DNA of 63,432 nucleotides, counting the filler. It is 6 parts of 6 records of this genome, joined end to end, with 100 filler letters (N's around TTAATTAATTAA, not from the genome) between each part and the next. Parts side by side here need not be neighbours in the genome. Positions count along the whole stretch, not along the records: positions 34,977 to 46,994 come from SRR2962707_1891; positions 47,095 to 55,569 come from SRR2962707_1893; 4 more parts are not named here. One strand, 5' to 3'. Shown here piece after piece: positions 41,823 to 52,080 of the stretch (the stretch's first letter is position 1; every line of letters begins with the position of its first letter). A model generated the notes under the pieces. It saw only the letters and a list, made by a program, of their open reading frames with translations, did no database searches and was not told the DNA's origin. Both the position numbers and the translations under genes were made by a program.

Positions 41823-43360
41823 TAATTGAACTGCACGCTATCAGTCGTTAGGTCCATGTATTCTGATGCAATCGGATCATAGGACAAACGATCTGCCCTG
41901 ATGCCTTTGAAGCCTGCAAGCGAATGAAGAATCGCGCCGTTCGGATCCTCTTCAAAGGTGTCCAGCATCTGGGCAAAGATTTTGCGGCGTTCTTGGGTGT
42001 CGGTCGATGTCTCAAGGATTTCGCCAAGTGCCAACATCTCTGGGGAAATGATGAAATGGCTACCAGCGCGGCCACCATCGGGGCCAAAGCGGCGCCAGAA
42101 TTGCCCCATAGGATCGGGGTAATAAGCCGTGAACGATCCATCAAAGATATGGCGTGTTTCCGTATCTTCGTTGATTTGGTCCCAGTTTTCTTTAACTTCC
42201 AACTTCACGTTCAGGCCCGCGTCTTGCCACATGGATTGCAGGACCTGTGCTGTTTCCAACTGTTTGGTGTAGTAGCCATTTAGAACCCGGTAGACGATTT
42301 CTTGGTTCTGATAGCCTGCTTCTTTCAGAAGTGCTTTGGCTTTTTCGACATTATATTCTGGTTGGGGGCGGTCAGCGAGGTACATGTCCCCAAATGTTGG
42401 CATTTGCCATCCATTGGTCACAACCGTTTTGCCTGCGTAGAATGTGTCTGCCAAAAGCTGACGATCAATGGAAAGGTTTAGCGCGTGACGGATACGCGGA
42501 TCCTTTAGGGTTTCGTTGGTGGAATCATAGAACAGGCCGCGAATATTTTCGCTCGACGCGCCAACAACAGCGGTCTGCGGATTTCCTTCAATCTGGGCAA
42601 AATCGTCAGCGCCGATCTCAGTGATGATGTCGAATTGGCCTGAAAGCAGGCCTGCGATCCGTGTGGAAAGTTCGCCTACAGCAGAAAATGTCACGGTGTC
42701 AGCTGCGGCTTTGGTGTCGCCCCAATAGCCATCAAAAGCCTCAAAGACGACTTGGTTGCCGACTTCATACTTCGCCAGCTTGTAGGGGCCAGTTCCGATA
42801 GCGAGCGCTGCAAAATCTGGATAATTTTCGGCGGCATTAAAGGCATCAGCCGAGATAATGTGCGACGGAAACGATGCAAAGCGGTTCAGCGCAATGGCAT
42901 CCTCAGCCTTCATGTGGATACGGACAGTCATGTCATCGATAATTTCGACGGTGTCGATACCACCGAAAAACTGCCGGGATTCGACGGGGACATTCTCGTC
43001 CAGACCTCGGCGTACTGGTGCAAAGGTTGCGACGACATCGGCTGCATCCAAGGTGTCACCATTGTGGAACGTAACGCCTTCGCGCAGCTTGAACTCCAGT
43101 GTTTTACCGTCAATAACGGTCCATTCGCTCGCCAGGCCTGGTTTCAACTTTCCGCCATCGCGGTAGTCTGTTTTCACGAGCGTTTCGTACAGCGAATAGA
43201 CCATCCGCAGGTTTACGTTGGAATTCTCGGTGACCGGGTCAAGGCTGTCGGGAACGTCCTGAACTGCGATGATCAGGTCTTTGGCCTCGGCACCGCTGGG
43301 GCCGGTAGCTATGAAAAATGCTGCCAGCGCTGCAAACGCGGTGGATGGATAGTTCGACAT
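41822..43360 (-). CDS. Family 5 ABC solute-binding protein
   Basis: Signal peptide ending AEA, FKLREGVTFHNG, IGTGPYKL, DPRIRHALNLSIDR. Confidence 0.92.
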   Translation of the reverse strand: MSNYPSTAFAALAAFFIATGPSGAEAKDLIIAVQDVPDSLDPVTENSNVNLRMVYSLYETLVKTDYRDGGKLKPGLASEWTVIDGKTLEFKLREGVTFHNGDTLDAADVVATFAPVRRGLDENVPVESRQFFGGIDTVEIIDDMTVRIHMKAEDAIALNRFASFPSHIISADAFNAAENYPDFAALAIGTGPYKLAKYEVGNQVVFEAFDGYWGDTKAAADTVTFSAVGELSTRIAGLLSGQFDIITEIGADDFAQIEGNPQTAVVGASSENIRGLFYDSTNETLKDPRIRHALNLSIDRQLLADTFYAGKTVVTNGWQMPTFGDMYLADRPQPEYNVEKAKALLKEAGYQNQEIVYRVLNGYYTKQLETAQVLQSMWQDAGLNVKLEVKENWDQINEDTETRHIFDGSFTAYYPDPMGQFWRRFGPDGGRAGSHFIISPEMLALGEILETSTDTQERRKIFAQMLDTFEEDPNGAILHSLAGFKGIRADRLSYDPIASEYMDLTTDSVQFN

Positions 43361-43397
43361 AGGACGTTCCTTTGAAACTATATTTAGTCTCTGAAAA

Positions 43398-43413
43398 TCT
43401 GGTATAGACCAGA
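43398..43413. promoter_or_regulatory. HutC-subfamily (PhnF/PhnR-type) operator
   Basis: Near-perfect palindrome TCTGGTATAGACCAGA. The core TGGTATAGACCA fits the HutC-subfamily GT-N-TA-N-AC pattern; it lies 38 bp upstream of the SBP start. Confidence 0.75.
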
Positions 43414-43516
43414 GAACTTGGATTGTGACCTATGCCAAATTTGTTTAGTTTTTGTGACAATATCCTTAGAAACTCACGATCCCCACCACACTCTCCAATA
43501 CGAAAAGGGTTCTAAC

Positions 43517-44299
43517 GTGACTGCCGCCCCCCCCCATGGACCTCACCGAGATCCTTCGCTTCTGACGCAGCAAACCTCTATCGGGGTAGACCTCAAGCAG
43601 CCGCTCTATCTTACAATCCGCGATAATCTGATAGAAGAAATACGCTCAGGCCTGCATGCATCTGGCGACCGGTTGCCGTCAGAACGCTCTATTGCCGAAG
43701 AGCATGGGGTGGCGCGCATGACGGCCCGCAAAGCCCTAAGTATTCTTGAATCCGAGGGCGCAATCTATAGCTCTGATCGCCGTGGTTATTTTGTAAGTAA
43801 GCTACGTGTGCAGTATGATCCGCTGAGCACTATCAATCTAATGCGGCAGATGCGTAACCAGGGCCTGCTCACCGAAAATATTTACATTGGTCGGCAAATG
43901 TTGGAAGCTAAAGGTTGGTATGCGGATCACTTTGAAGTTCCAGCCGGTACACCGCTTGTTCTTGAACGTTCCGTTGTTCAAATCGAAGGACGTCGACTGG
44001 TTTATGGCGAAGATTGCCTGCTGTTAGAGGCGGCGCCCGGATATGCGGAGCAACCCTATATTTCACCAATGACGCAAAACTTGCATAAAAACTATGGCCT
44101 GAAAGCGCGCCAAATATCGGCTCGCATGAGTGTGACTAATATCCCCTTTGTTCCGTCTAAACATCTAGGCGTATCCACGGATACAATGGGGATCAGTTTG
44201 ACCCACGTCAGGAAATTAGAAGGACGCGTAATCTTGGTTGATCGCAGTTTTTGGCTAAGTGACTCGGTTGAATTGGTGCTTGAGAATATGATATCGTAG
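43517..44299 (+). CDS. GntR/HutC-subfamily regulator with UTRA domain, PhnR-like
   Basis: GDRLPSERSIAEEHGVARMTARKAL, YSSDRRGYFV, QYDP and a C-terminal UTRA-like domain. Start codon uncertain (GTG 43517). Confidence 0.85.
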   Translation: MTAAPPHGPHRDPSLLTQQTSIGVDLKQPLYLTIRDNLIEEIRSGLHASGDRLPSERSIAEEHGVARMTARKALSILESEGAIYSSDRRGYFVSKLRVQYDPLSTINLMRQMRNQGLLTENIYIGRQMLEAKGWYADHFEVPAGTPLVLERSVVQIEGRRLVYGEDCLLLEAAPGYAEQPYISPMTQNLHKNYGLKARQISARMSVTNIPFVPSKHLGVSTDTMGISLTHVRKLEGRVILVDRSFWLSDSVELVLENMIS

Positions 44300-44469
44300 G
44301 GGACGGTGGCGCCGCAAAAACTTTGAAAGACTGACGGCCTTTTTCAACAATGCAGGGCTTGTCGCAATAAGCCGTCGCTGAACGATCTGCCATTTCCGTA
44401 TACACATTTACCCCATGGTTTCTGTGACGGTTGCCTCGTACACTTGCCAGTGGGCCCAGCGCCCTAGCA

Positions 44470-44618
44470 TGTATCCGAACTAAATCGTCAGCGTATCCCC
44501 GGTCGTTATACGCGGGCCAGTTCGTGGGCTTGTAATCGGGGGTCTCTGCCAATGCTCTTCAGCTATCAAGCTGCATGCACAAAATGAATCCAGCACAAGC
44601 TTTGTGCAACAAATCCGG
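44470..44618 (-). mobile_element. IS5-family (IS903 group) left-end remnant
   Basis: Terminal-IR-like GGATTTGTTGCACAAA followed by a degenerate transposase N-terminus YKPTNWPAYN and a broken RGSLTIWFD-like segment. Confidence 0.7.
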
Positions 44619-44819
44619 GTTCAGTCCGTGGCATCGGTCATTCAAAAGTTCGATATTTGTACGTTAACTATAAGAAATTCCACCGCTGTTGAGTGCAGAA
44701 CCTCTTGGTAATTTAAAACCAGCATGCCAAATTGCGAAAATTTGCGGGGCGGACGTCGAAATGCAAATGACTATTTCGGAAAGAAGACGCGATCCAGATC
44801 ATCCATCGTTTTTGTCACA

Positions 44820-45749
44820 TTATAGGTGAACACGTTCCCGGCGAAGCAACTCCAGAAAATCCTGAAGGATAAGAGAATGCTTTCTATCCGCTCTCCAGAT
44901 CGCGCAAATTGGAGTTGAATATCCAAAGTTTTCGGGAAGGATTTCAAAAAATTCGCCCTGTATGATGTTCTGACAATGCCTTGGAAAGTAACCCAGATAA
45001 ACGCCGCTGCGCACCAGCGCGAGGACGGCTTCTGTCTGGTAGACCGTACTTCCCACAGGGAATTTCTGCTTTCGTTGACGCAGGCGCTCGCTTTCGAAAT
45101 AGGCCCGATGCACCAGTTTATGCTTGCAAACCTCTTCTTCGGTCAGTGAACTATTTGTGCGAATGGCATCAACCAACGGGTGCTCGCCGCCGCAAAACAG
45201 GCCGACGTCCTCGTCATAAAGCGCGACGTAATCCAGACTCGGATGACGTTGGTAGTCGGGCACAATTCCAATATGTAACTTGCCGTCAATGATGCCTCTT
45301 TCGACCTCATTGGGCGAACCCGTCATTAGATTGATGGATACATCCGGCGCAACTTCTTGAAATTTTTGCATACTCGAAACGAGGGGATTTTTCGTGTCTG
45401 ACATCGAAAAATCGATCATTCCAATTTCAATCTTGCCGACCATCTGATTGCTGATACTGGCGATCTTGGACGTGAAATCCTCGGTCGTGGTCAAGAATTG
45501 ATCGATGTAGTCGTAAGCCTGCCGCCCCTGCTGGGTCAGATAAAAACCGCTCCGTCCTCGGTGGCACAGGCGCAGACCCAACCGTGTCTCTAGATCCGAT
45601 ATCTGTCGCGAGATCGTTGAGCGGCCGACCCCCAGCTCTGTTTGGGCGGCAGACAGGCCACCGCACTCGATGACCGCCTTAAACACCCGCATGAGCCGCA
45701 GATCGACATCGTTCACCTTACCGGAAAAGGCCTTCTTACGACGTGCCAT
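44820..45749 (-). CDS. LysR-family transcriptional regulator
   Basis: DLRLMRVFKAVIECGGLSAAQTELGVGRSTISRQISDLETRLG HTH. Divergent from the ureohydrolase. Confidence 0.93.
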   Translation of the reverse strand: MARRKKAFSGKVNDVDLRLMRVFKAVIECGGLSAAQTELGVGRSTISRQISDLETRLGLRLCHRGRSGFYLTQQGRQAYDYIDQFLTTTEDFTSKIASISNQMVGKIEIGMIDFSMSDTKNPLVSSMQKFQEVAPDVSINLMTGSPNEVERGIIDGKLHIGIVPDYQRHPSLDYVALYDEDVGLFCGGEHPLVDAIRTNSSLTEEEVCKHKLVHRAYFESERLRQRKQKFPVGSTVYQTEAVLALVRSGVYLGYFPRHCQNIIQGEFFEILPENFGYSTPICAIWRADRKHSLILQDFLELLRRERVHL

Positions 45750-45867
45750 CTCTTATGTTCCTTGGGCCATTTCTGTTTCACCAATATGAAACAGAAGTTA
45801 CAGATGTTCCAATTTAATCGCACATGATTTGTGAGGTACCATCAGGCGTAAAATAAGGAGAAACCGA

Positions 45868-46926
45868 TTGGCCTGGTCTGATGAGAAACTTGCCGAGTTG
45901 CGGCAAACCTTTGCCGATTCAACCGGCGGTGATTTGCAAAACCCCAGGTTTCAGCAGATCGCGGGCAAGATTTTTTCCGAAGGCGGGCGACGCGCGGCCC
46001 CGTATTCGGGAATGCCAACCTTGCTGGACGCGCCGCACCGCAGTGTAGACGCTGATCAGATGGATATCAGTGATCTGGATGTCGCATTATTCGGTGTGCC
46101 CATGGATCTGGGTGTGACCAACCGCAACGGGTCACGGTTCGGTCCGCGCGCATTGCGGGCGATTGAACGGGTTGGCCCCTACAACGATGCGCTGGACTGC
46201 GCGCCGGTACATGAAATGGCCGTCGCCGATATCGGGGATGTCCCGATGCAAAGCCGTTTTGATCTGGCCCAAAGCCATACCGACATCGAATCCTTTGTTG
46301 CGAAAATCGTGGCTGAAGGCGTCATTCCCATGGCCGTTGGCGGTGATCATTCAATCAGCCACCCGATCCTTAGATCTGTCGGCGCAAACCGCCCTGTCGG
46401 TATGATCCACATTGATGCCCATTGCGACACCGGCGGATCGTACGAAGGCGAGAAATTCCACCATGGTGGCCCGTTCCGAAACGCCGTGCTCGAGGGCGTT
46501 TTAGACCCTGAACGTACGATCCAAATCGGCATTCGAGGTGCTGCAAAATACATTTGGGAATTCTCGGAAATGTCCGGCATGACCGTGATTGAAGCCGCCG
46601 AAGTTTCCAGTGCTGGTATACCGGATATCATCCGCCGGGCGCGTGAGGTGATCGGCGACGGGCCAACCTATCTGTCGTTCGATATCGACAGCCTGGACCC
46701 CGCCTTTGCACCCGGAACCGGCACGCCAGAGGTTGGCGGACTGACAACGCGCGAGGCCATGGCGATTATTCGCGGCATGAAGGGGGCCAATCTGGTAGGT
46801 GGTGATGTGGTCGAAGTGGCGCCTGCTTATGACCCGACGACCAACACCGCACAAAACGGTGCACAGATGTATTTCGAGATACTGAGCCTGATACAGTTTT
46901 CGCCGTTTCGCACGCAAACCCGGTGA
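45868..46926 (+). CDS. Ureohydrolase (agmatinase/guanidinobutyrase-like)
   Basis: GGDHS, DAHCD, SFDIDSLDPAFAPGTGTP, DVVEVAP. TTG start with AAGGAG RBS. Confidence 0.9.
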   Translation: MAWSDEKLAELRQTFADSTGGDLQNPRFQQIAGKIFSEGGRRAAPYSGMPTLLDAPHRSVDADQMDISDLDVALFGVPMDLGVTNRNGSRFGPRALRAIERVGPYNDALDCAPVHEMAVADIGDVPMQSRFDLAQSHTDIESFVAKIVAEGVIPMAVGGDHSISHPILRSVGANRPVGMIHIDAHCDTGGSYEGEKFHHGGPFRNAVLEGVLDPERTIQIGIRGAAKYIWEFSEMSGMTVIEAAEVSSAGIPDIIRRAREVIGDGPTYLSFDIDSLDPAFAPGTGTPEVGGLTTREAMAIIRGMKGANLVGGDVVEVAPAYDPTTNTAQNGAQMYFEILSLIQFSPFRTQTR

Positions 46927-46994
46927 GCAACGGATAGCAGTAACACCAGTGGATTCTCAAGGGTCGTCGCGACGGTTTCCGCCATCTCAGTTTC

Positions 46995-47094
46995 NNNNNN
47001 NNNNNNNNNNNNNNNNNNNNNNNNNNNNNNNNNNNNNNTTAATTAATTAANNNNNNNNNNNNNNNNNNNNNNNNNNNNNNNNNNNNNNNNNNNN
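46995..47094. other. Artificial contig spacer
   Basis: N-run with TTAATTAATTAA. Confidence 0.99.
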
Positions 47095-47964
47095 GTTCGC
47101 CTCAAAACCGTCCATCTCGACCAGCAATTGGTTCAACGTCTGTTCACGTTCGTCGTTGCCACCACCATAGCCGGCACCACGCGAGCGGCCCACGGCATCG
47201 ATTTCGTCGATGAACACGATACATGGCGCATTCTTTTTGGCTTGCTCGAACATGTCACGGACACGCGATGCACCAACACCAACGAACATCTCGACAAAGT
47301 CAGAACCCGAAATGGTGAAGAACGGCACGCCTGCTTCGCCCGCGATTGCACGCGCCAGCAGTGTTTTACCAGTACCGGGAGGGCCCTCAAGCAACGCGCC
47401 TTTGGGGATTTTACCACCAAGACGGCTGAACTTTTGCGGGTTACGCAAGAATTCAACGATCTCTTCCAGTTCTTCTTTGGCCTCGTCGATGCCTGCAACG
47501 TCATCAAACGTCACGCGGCCATGCTTTTCGGTCAGCATCTTGGCCTTGGACTTACCAAAGCCCATGGCACCGCCTTTGCCGCCGCCCTGCATGCGGTTCA
47601 TGAAATAAATCCACACACCGATCAACAACAGGATCGGCAACAGCGACATCAGGAATGTCTGGAAACCAGATTGCTGCTGCGGCTCTGCGCGCACAGGCAC
47701 ATCGTTTGCCATCAGCAATGATGTGACTTCGGCGTCTTGTGGCATGATCGTGACATAGTCAGAGCCATCAGCACGACGGAAGCGAACCTGTTCGCCATCC
47801 AGCGTGACATTACGGACATCGCCCGCCTCAACTGCTGTTACAAATTCGGAATAGCTGATTTCGCGACTTTGCAGGCCACCGGTTGATCCGCTGAACAGGT
47901 TGAACAACGCCAACACCAACAACATCAAAACGACCCAAAAGGCGAGATTACGCATATTACCCAA
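47095..47964 (-). CDS. ftsH: ATP-dependent zinc metalloprotease FtsH (3' truncated)
   Basis: Two TM helices, [47 protein letters not shown] start with AGGAGA RBS. Confidence 0.96.
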
Positions 47965-48042
47965 GGAAACTCTCCTAAATCCGGGGGACGACATCAAGAC
48001 GATGTGCCCGTTGTCTATAAGATAGAGACGCTGGGCACATGT

Positions 48043-49302
48043 TCAATGCGTTATGTGTGCGGCAAAAAAGGTATCTTCACCGCGATTAAGCCGTGCTTGC
48101 CAGTTTTGCGGCCAACCAGCAAGGGGTGCGGCAATCAAGCGCGTGCCATTCCATACCGCCGGTGTCGATAAAAGCGCAGCACGCGGAATGTCCAAAGCAC
48201 GCCAATCTGGGCAGCAGCTTAACCCTTCGGCCCCAAGCGCGCAAAGGGTTAGGGGGTCTGTAGGCCCAATTTCGCCAGCGGGCGGCGTTAGATACCATCG
48301 GTTATCCCACAGGTCCCCTACTTTCGCCTTAACGTCGGCGACAGTATTTAACTCTCTGAAAATCCATAGTTTTTTACCTTTCCGCCTTAACTCGCACCCC
48401 TGCAATGTCGCCGAGGGGGCGTGCTTTAGTGTGTCTAACACAGACATCACCGCGCTGCTGCGGGGCGCGTAATAGGCCCCGTTCACCCATTTGAGCGCAT
48501 GTACAATAAGACGTCGGCGCAGCTCAGGATGTTGGGCTGCGAGCGCTTTTTCATCAATTGCAACGGCACCAGCCCGCACTGTCACAATTTCGCGGGAAAT
48601 TGTCAGCATTTGGTGCTGGAGCGCGTCTTTTACGGCCCACAGATTTTGCGAGACGTCGCTGATGGCGTCTGCGTCAATACCCAATTCCGATAGAATCGAC
48701 AGTGCCTTGCGGGTTCGGACACGGTCAAACCGGTCGTCATCATTGCTGGGGTCATCCACCCAATCAACGTTCTGCGCACTTAGATAATCCCGCAAATCCA
48801 GCCTGCGGGCCTGTAAAAGCGGTCTGACCCATTGCATGCCTTCGCGTTCAAAACGGTGCGGCATCGCCGCCAATCCATCGACGCCCGCACGACGCCCCAC
48901 ACGCATGAGAAACGTTTCAGCCTGATCGTCCATCGTGTGCCCAAGGGCGATGCAGTCAATACCCAGCTGACGCCCCCAGTGCGCCAACAGACCATATCGG
49001 GCTTTTCGGGCCTCGCCCTGCAAATTCCCGCTACGATCCCAGTCTTTCCAATCAAGGGTGTGATGGCTTAGCCCAAGCCGCGCGCAGATCGCGGCAACCA
49101 TGGCCGCCTCACCGGCGGCTTCAGGGCGCAGGCCGTGATTGACTGTCGCAACGGAAATTTTGATGCCATGATCCTGCGCAAAGCTGTGCAAAAGATGCAG
49201 TAATGCCAGTGAATCGCTGCCGCCGGAAACGGCGACGCCGATGGCGCGGGGAGGATCAGGTAAAAACTGGTCAGCAATCAGCCGCGCCAGATCAACGGTC
49301 AT
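48043..49302 (-). CDS. tilS: tRNA(Ile)-lysidine synthetase
   Basis: AVSGGSDS, TVNHGLR, ARKARY, GHTMDDQAETFLMR, DDPSN. Confidence 0.95.
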   Translation of the reverse strand: MTVDLARLIADQFLPDPPRAIGVAVSGGSDSLALLHLLHSFAQDHGIKISVATVNHGLRPEAAGEAAMVAAICARLGLSHHTLDWKDWDRSGNLQGEARKARYGLLAHWGRQLGIDCIALGHTMDDQAETFLMRVGRRAGVDGLAAMPHRFEREGMQWVRPLLQARRLDLRDYLSAQNVDWVDDPSNDDDRFDRVRTRKALSILSELGIDADAISDVSQNLWAVKDALQHQMLTISREIVTVRAGAVAIDEKALAAQHPELRRRLIVHALKWVNGAYYAPRSSAVMSVLDTLKHAPSATLQGCELRRKGKKLWIFRELNTVADVKAKVGDLWDNRWYLTPPAGEIGPTDPLTLCALGAEGLSCCPDWRALDIPRAALLSTPAVWNGTRLIAAPLAGWPQNWQARLNRGEDTFFAAHITH

Positions 49303-49306
49303 CGGA

Positions 49307-50125
49307 TCACTGGCAATTCAGCGCAGCACGCTCGCTTGCCGCTTGCGGCACGAATGGGCTGGTCGGAAAGCGCGTTGCGACCTCGCCCAGCGTCACACAT
49401 GCTTCTTGAACCTGATCAAGCGCACCAAGCGATTTGCCCAAATGATACAAAGCTTCAGGGGCCGTCGCACCGACCGGATCCGCGCTAAAGCTGGCCAGAT
49501 AGGCGCGCGCAGCTTCGCGTGTATCACTTAGCCCGGTTAGGGCCTCACCCCGGCGCAAATCGGCCTCTGGGCCTAGCGGGCCACCTGGGTAGGTCTGATT
49601 AAAGGTCGCAAACTGGTCAGCGGCGGCGCGAAAGTCACCGGCTGCGAGCGCCGCCTTCGCCCGCTCAAAATCATCAGCTTCGCCAACGGCAAGTTCGGCA
49701 GTGTTGGTGGGTGCCGGCGCGGGTGCGGGCACATTGGTCACAGGCGCTTCGCCACCGCCAAGGGTCGACGTTTGACCAATGGCCCCCACATCGCCGCCTT
49801 CAAGTTCGACCAGACGGAATTCGAGATCGCCAATCCGGTTTGTACCGTCGGCCACAACGCGGTTGATCTTGTTCTCAAGCTCTTCGGTTTTGGATGTCAG
49901 CCGTTGCAGTTCGCTTTCCATCGCGTTCATGCGGTCCAGCACGGAACCACCGGTCAGGTTCAAAGACGCCCCGCCGGTGGTGGAAAGCTCGCGCCGCAGT
50001 TTTTGTACTTCGACATTTAGAATGGTCAATTCCTGACGCACATCCGCCAAGGTTTGCGCGTCCTGCGCCTGTGCTGCGACCGGCCCAAAAGCCAGCCCCA
50101 GCACCACCATCATAACAAACCGCAT
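49307..50125 (-). CDS. cpoB: Tol-Pal system TPR protein CpoB/YbgF
   Basis: Signal peptide, coiled coil and TPR (APEALYHLGKSL, EAC). Located after pal. Confidence 0.9.
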   Translation of the reverse strand: MRFVMMVVLGLAFGPVAAQAQDAQTLADVRQELTILNVEVQKLRRELSTTGGASLNLTGGSVLDRMNAMESELQRLTSKTEELENKINRVVADGTNRIGDLEFRLVELEGGDVGAIGQTSTLGGGEAPVTNVPAPAPAPTNTAELAVGEADDFERAKAALAAGDFRAAADQFATFNQTYPGGPLGPEADLRRGEALTGLSDTREAARAYLASFSADPVGATAPEALYHLGKSLGALDQVQEACVTLGEVATRFPTSPFVPQAASERAALNCQ

Positions 50126-50154
50126 TGTGATCATCCTAACCGTTTCGTTCCAGT

Positions 50155-50676
50155 TTAGCTCGACAGGCCACCGGCCAGCACTGTGACAGCACGGCGGTTT
50201 TTGGCATAGCATGCTTCTTGCGAACACACTTCGATCGGGCGTTCCTTGCCATAGCTGAGGGTACGCAGACGGTTGCCGGAAATGCCGCGGGACACCAGAT
50301 ATTCACGTGCCGCGTTCGCCCGACGTGCACCAAGGGCCACGTTGTATTCACGTGTGCCTTGCTCGTCCGCGTGACCTTCGATGATCGCCTGATAATCAGT
50401 GTTCTGATTCAGCCAGTTGGCCTGACCGTCCAAAGTCGCCTGCCCCTCGGGTGTCAATGTAGATTGATCAACGTTGAACAACACGCGGTCGCCGATGGAC
50501 TGCTGGAAATACGCCGTCGAAGCGGGATCATTTGCGCTGCCGGGGATAATCCCGCCATTTGCGCCGGTCAGACCGCCCGCGCCATTCATGTTATCCCCGC
50601 CAAAGCGGTTCGGGTTCGTACACGCCGACACGGCGAGCGCGGCGATCAAAAGAGTGCTGGTCAGAATACGGTTCAT
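50155..50676 (-). CDS. pal: Peptidoglycan-associated lipoprotein
   Basis: Lipobox VSAC, IEGHADEQGTREYNVALGARRA, SYGKERP, NRRA. Confidence 0.96.
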   Translation of the reverse strand: MNRILTSTLLIAALAVSACTNPNRFGGDNMNGAGGLTGANGGIIPGSANDPASTAYFQQSIGDRVLFNVDQSTLTPEGQATLDGQANWLNQNTDYQAIIEGHADEQGTREYNVALGARRANAAREYLVSRGISGNRLRTLSYGKERPIEVCSQEACYAKNRRAVTVLAGGLSS

Positions 50677-50757
50677 GGGGTCTGCCTCTGTAAAGTTGGC
50701 GTTAATCTAGTTTCGTTTGTGTTAGCACAGCGCCTTGGCGTTGGGAATCACCAAGGG

Positions 50758-52080
50758 TTATTGCTGGAGCGGCGACCATGACGGGTCAGACCCGCCTTCT
50801 TGGGTCCGCACGGGTTTCAGGTTCCGGCCCGAGATATCGACGGAATACAACGAAGATGATCCCCCGGTCCCTTGGGTTTCACGCGCAAACATGATCACGC
50901 GGCCGTTGGGGGCCCACGTCGGGCCTTCATCCAGGAACGACGCCGTAAGCAAGCGTTCCTCGGAACCATCCAGACGCATCACACCAATGTGAAAGCGGCC
51001 TTTGTTCTGTTTTGTGAACGCGACCAGATCACCACGCGGCGACCAGACTGGCGTGCCATAGCGGCCCTCGCCAAACGAGATACGCTGCGCCTCACCGCCG
51101 CTTGCGGGCATGACATAGAGCTGGGGACTGCCTGACCGGTCGCTTTCAAACACGATCTTGCTGCCGTCGGGCGAATAGCTTGGTGCTGTTTCGATCGCTG
51201 GCGTGTTTGTCAGCCGGACAGATTGCCCACTGCCGATATCCATCGTGTAGATATCAGTATTCCCGCCTTGGGACAGAGAATACACAACCGTGTTCCCCGA
51301 AGGCGAGAAGCGCGGCGCAAAGCTCATCGTGCCATCGGCGCTTTCGAGAACGCGGCGTTGAACCGATCCGATGTCCAGAACATAGATGCGGGGAAAGCCG
51401 CTTTCGTAGCTGGTATAAAGAATACGGTCACCCGAGGGCGAAAAGCGTGGGGCCAAAACGATCGCCGCGCTGTCGGTCAGGTAGCGCACGTTGGCACCGT
51501 CATAATCCATGACGGCCAGACGTTTTTTACGTTCCTCTTTGGGGCCTGTTTCGGACACGTAAACAACGCGACTGTCGAAATACCCGCCCTCGCCGGTGAT
51601 CCGCGAATAAACGGCGTCGGCAACCTTATGCGCCATGCGACGCCAGCCATCGATCGTGCCCGAAAACTGCAAGCCCGATCCAAGCTCGGCACCAGAATAC
51701 ACATCGTACAGGCGGAACTTTACGTTCAAGGTGTTCCCCGACACGCTGACGGCACCGGTGATCAGGGCTTGGGCGTTGATGGCTTTCCAGTCGGCGTATT
51801 GCACCGGCGCGTTAAAATCGCTGACCGTTGAGATAAAGGCGCTCGCCGGGATTTCACGGAACAACCCGGACCCGACCAGATCTTCGGAAACGACGCGCGC
51901 CAGATCAACTGCCATCTGCCCTGCATCGCCGCTCTCGGGTTGAAAGGTCGGAACGGCAAAGGGCAAAGGTTCAATAACGCCTTCGGTGATTTCGATCCGC
52001 AAGGGGCCTTGCTGGGCCTGAACGGTCCCTGCGACGGCACAGATCAGCGCCAGACACATGCTCAATACTCGTAAAATCAT
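50758..52080 (-). CDS. tolB: Tol-Pal beta-propeller protein
   Basis: [21 protein letters not shown]40 repeats (PRFSP, PSYSPDG, PVWSPRG). Confidence 0.96.
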   Translation of the reverse strand: MILRVLSMCLALICAVAGTVQAQQGPLRIEITEGVIEPLPFAVPTFQPESGDAGQMAVDLARVVSEDLVGSGLFREIPASAFISTVSDFNAPVQYADWKAINAQALITGAVSVSGNTLNVKFRLYDVYSGAELGSGLQFSGTIDGWRRMAHKVADAVYSRITGEGGYFDSRVVYVSETGPKEERKKRLAVMDYDGANVRYLTDSAAIVLAPRFSPSGDRILYTSYESGFPRIYVLDIGSVQRRVLESADGTMSFAPRFSPSGNTVVYSLSQGGNTDIYTMDIGSGQSVRLTNTPAIETAPSYSPDGSKIVFESDRSGSPQLYVMPASGGEAQRISFGEGRYGTPVWSPRGDLVAFTKQNKGRFHIGVMRLDGSEERLLTASFLDEGPTWAPNGRVIMFARETQGTGGSSSLYSVDISGRNLKPVRTQEGGSDPSWSPLQQ

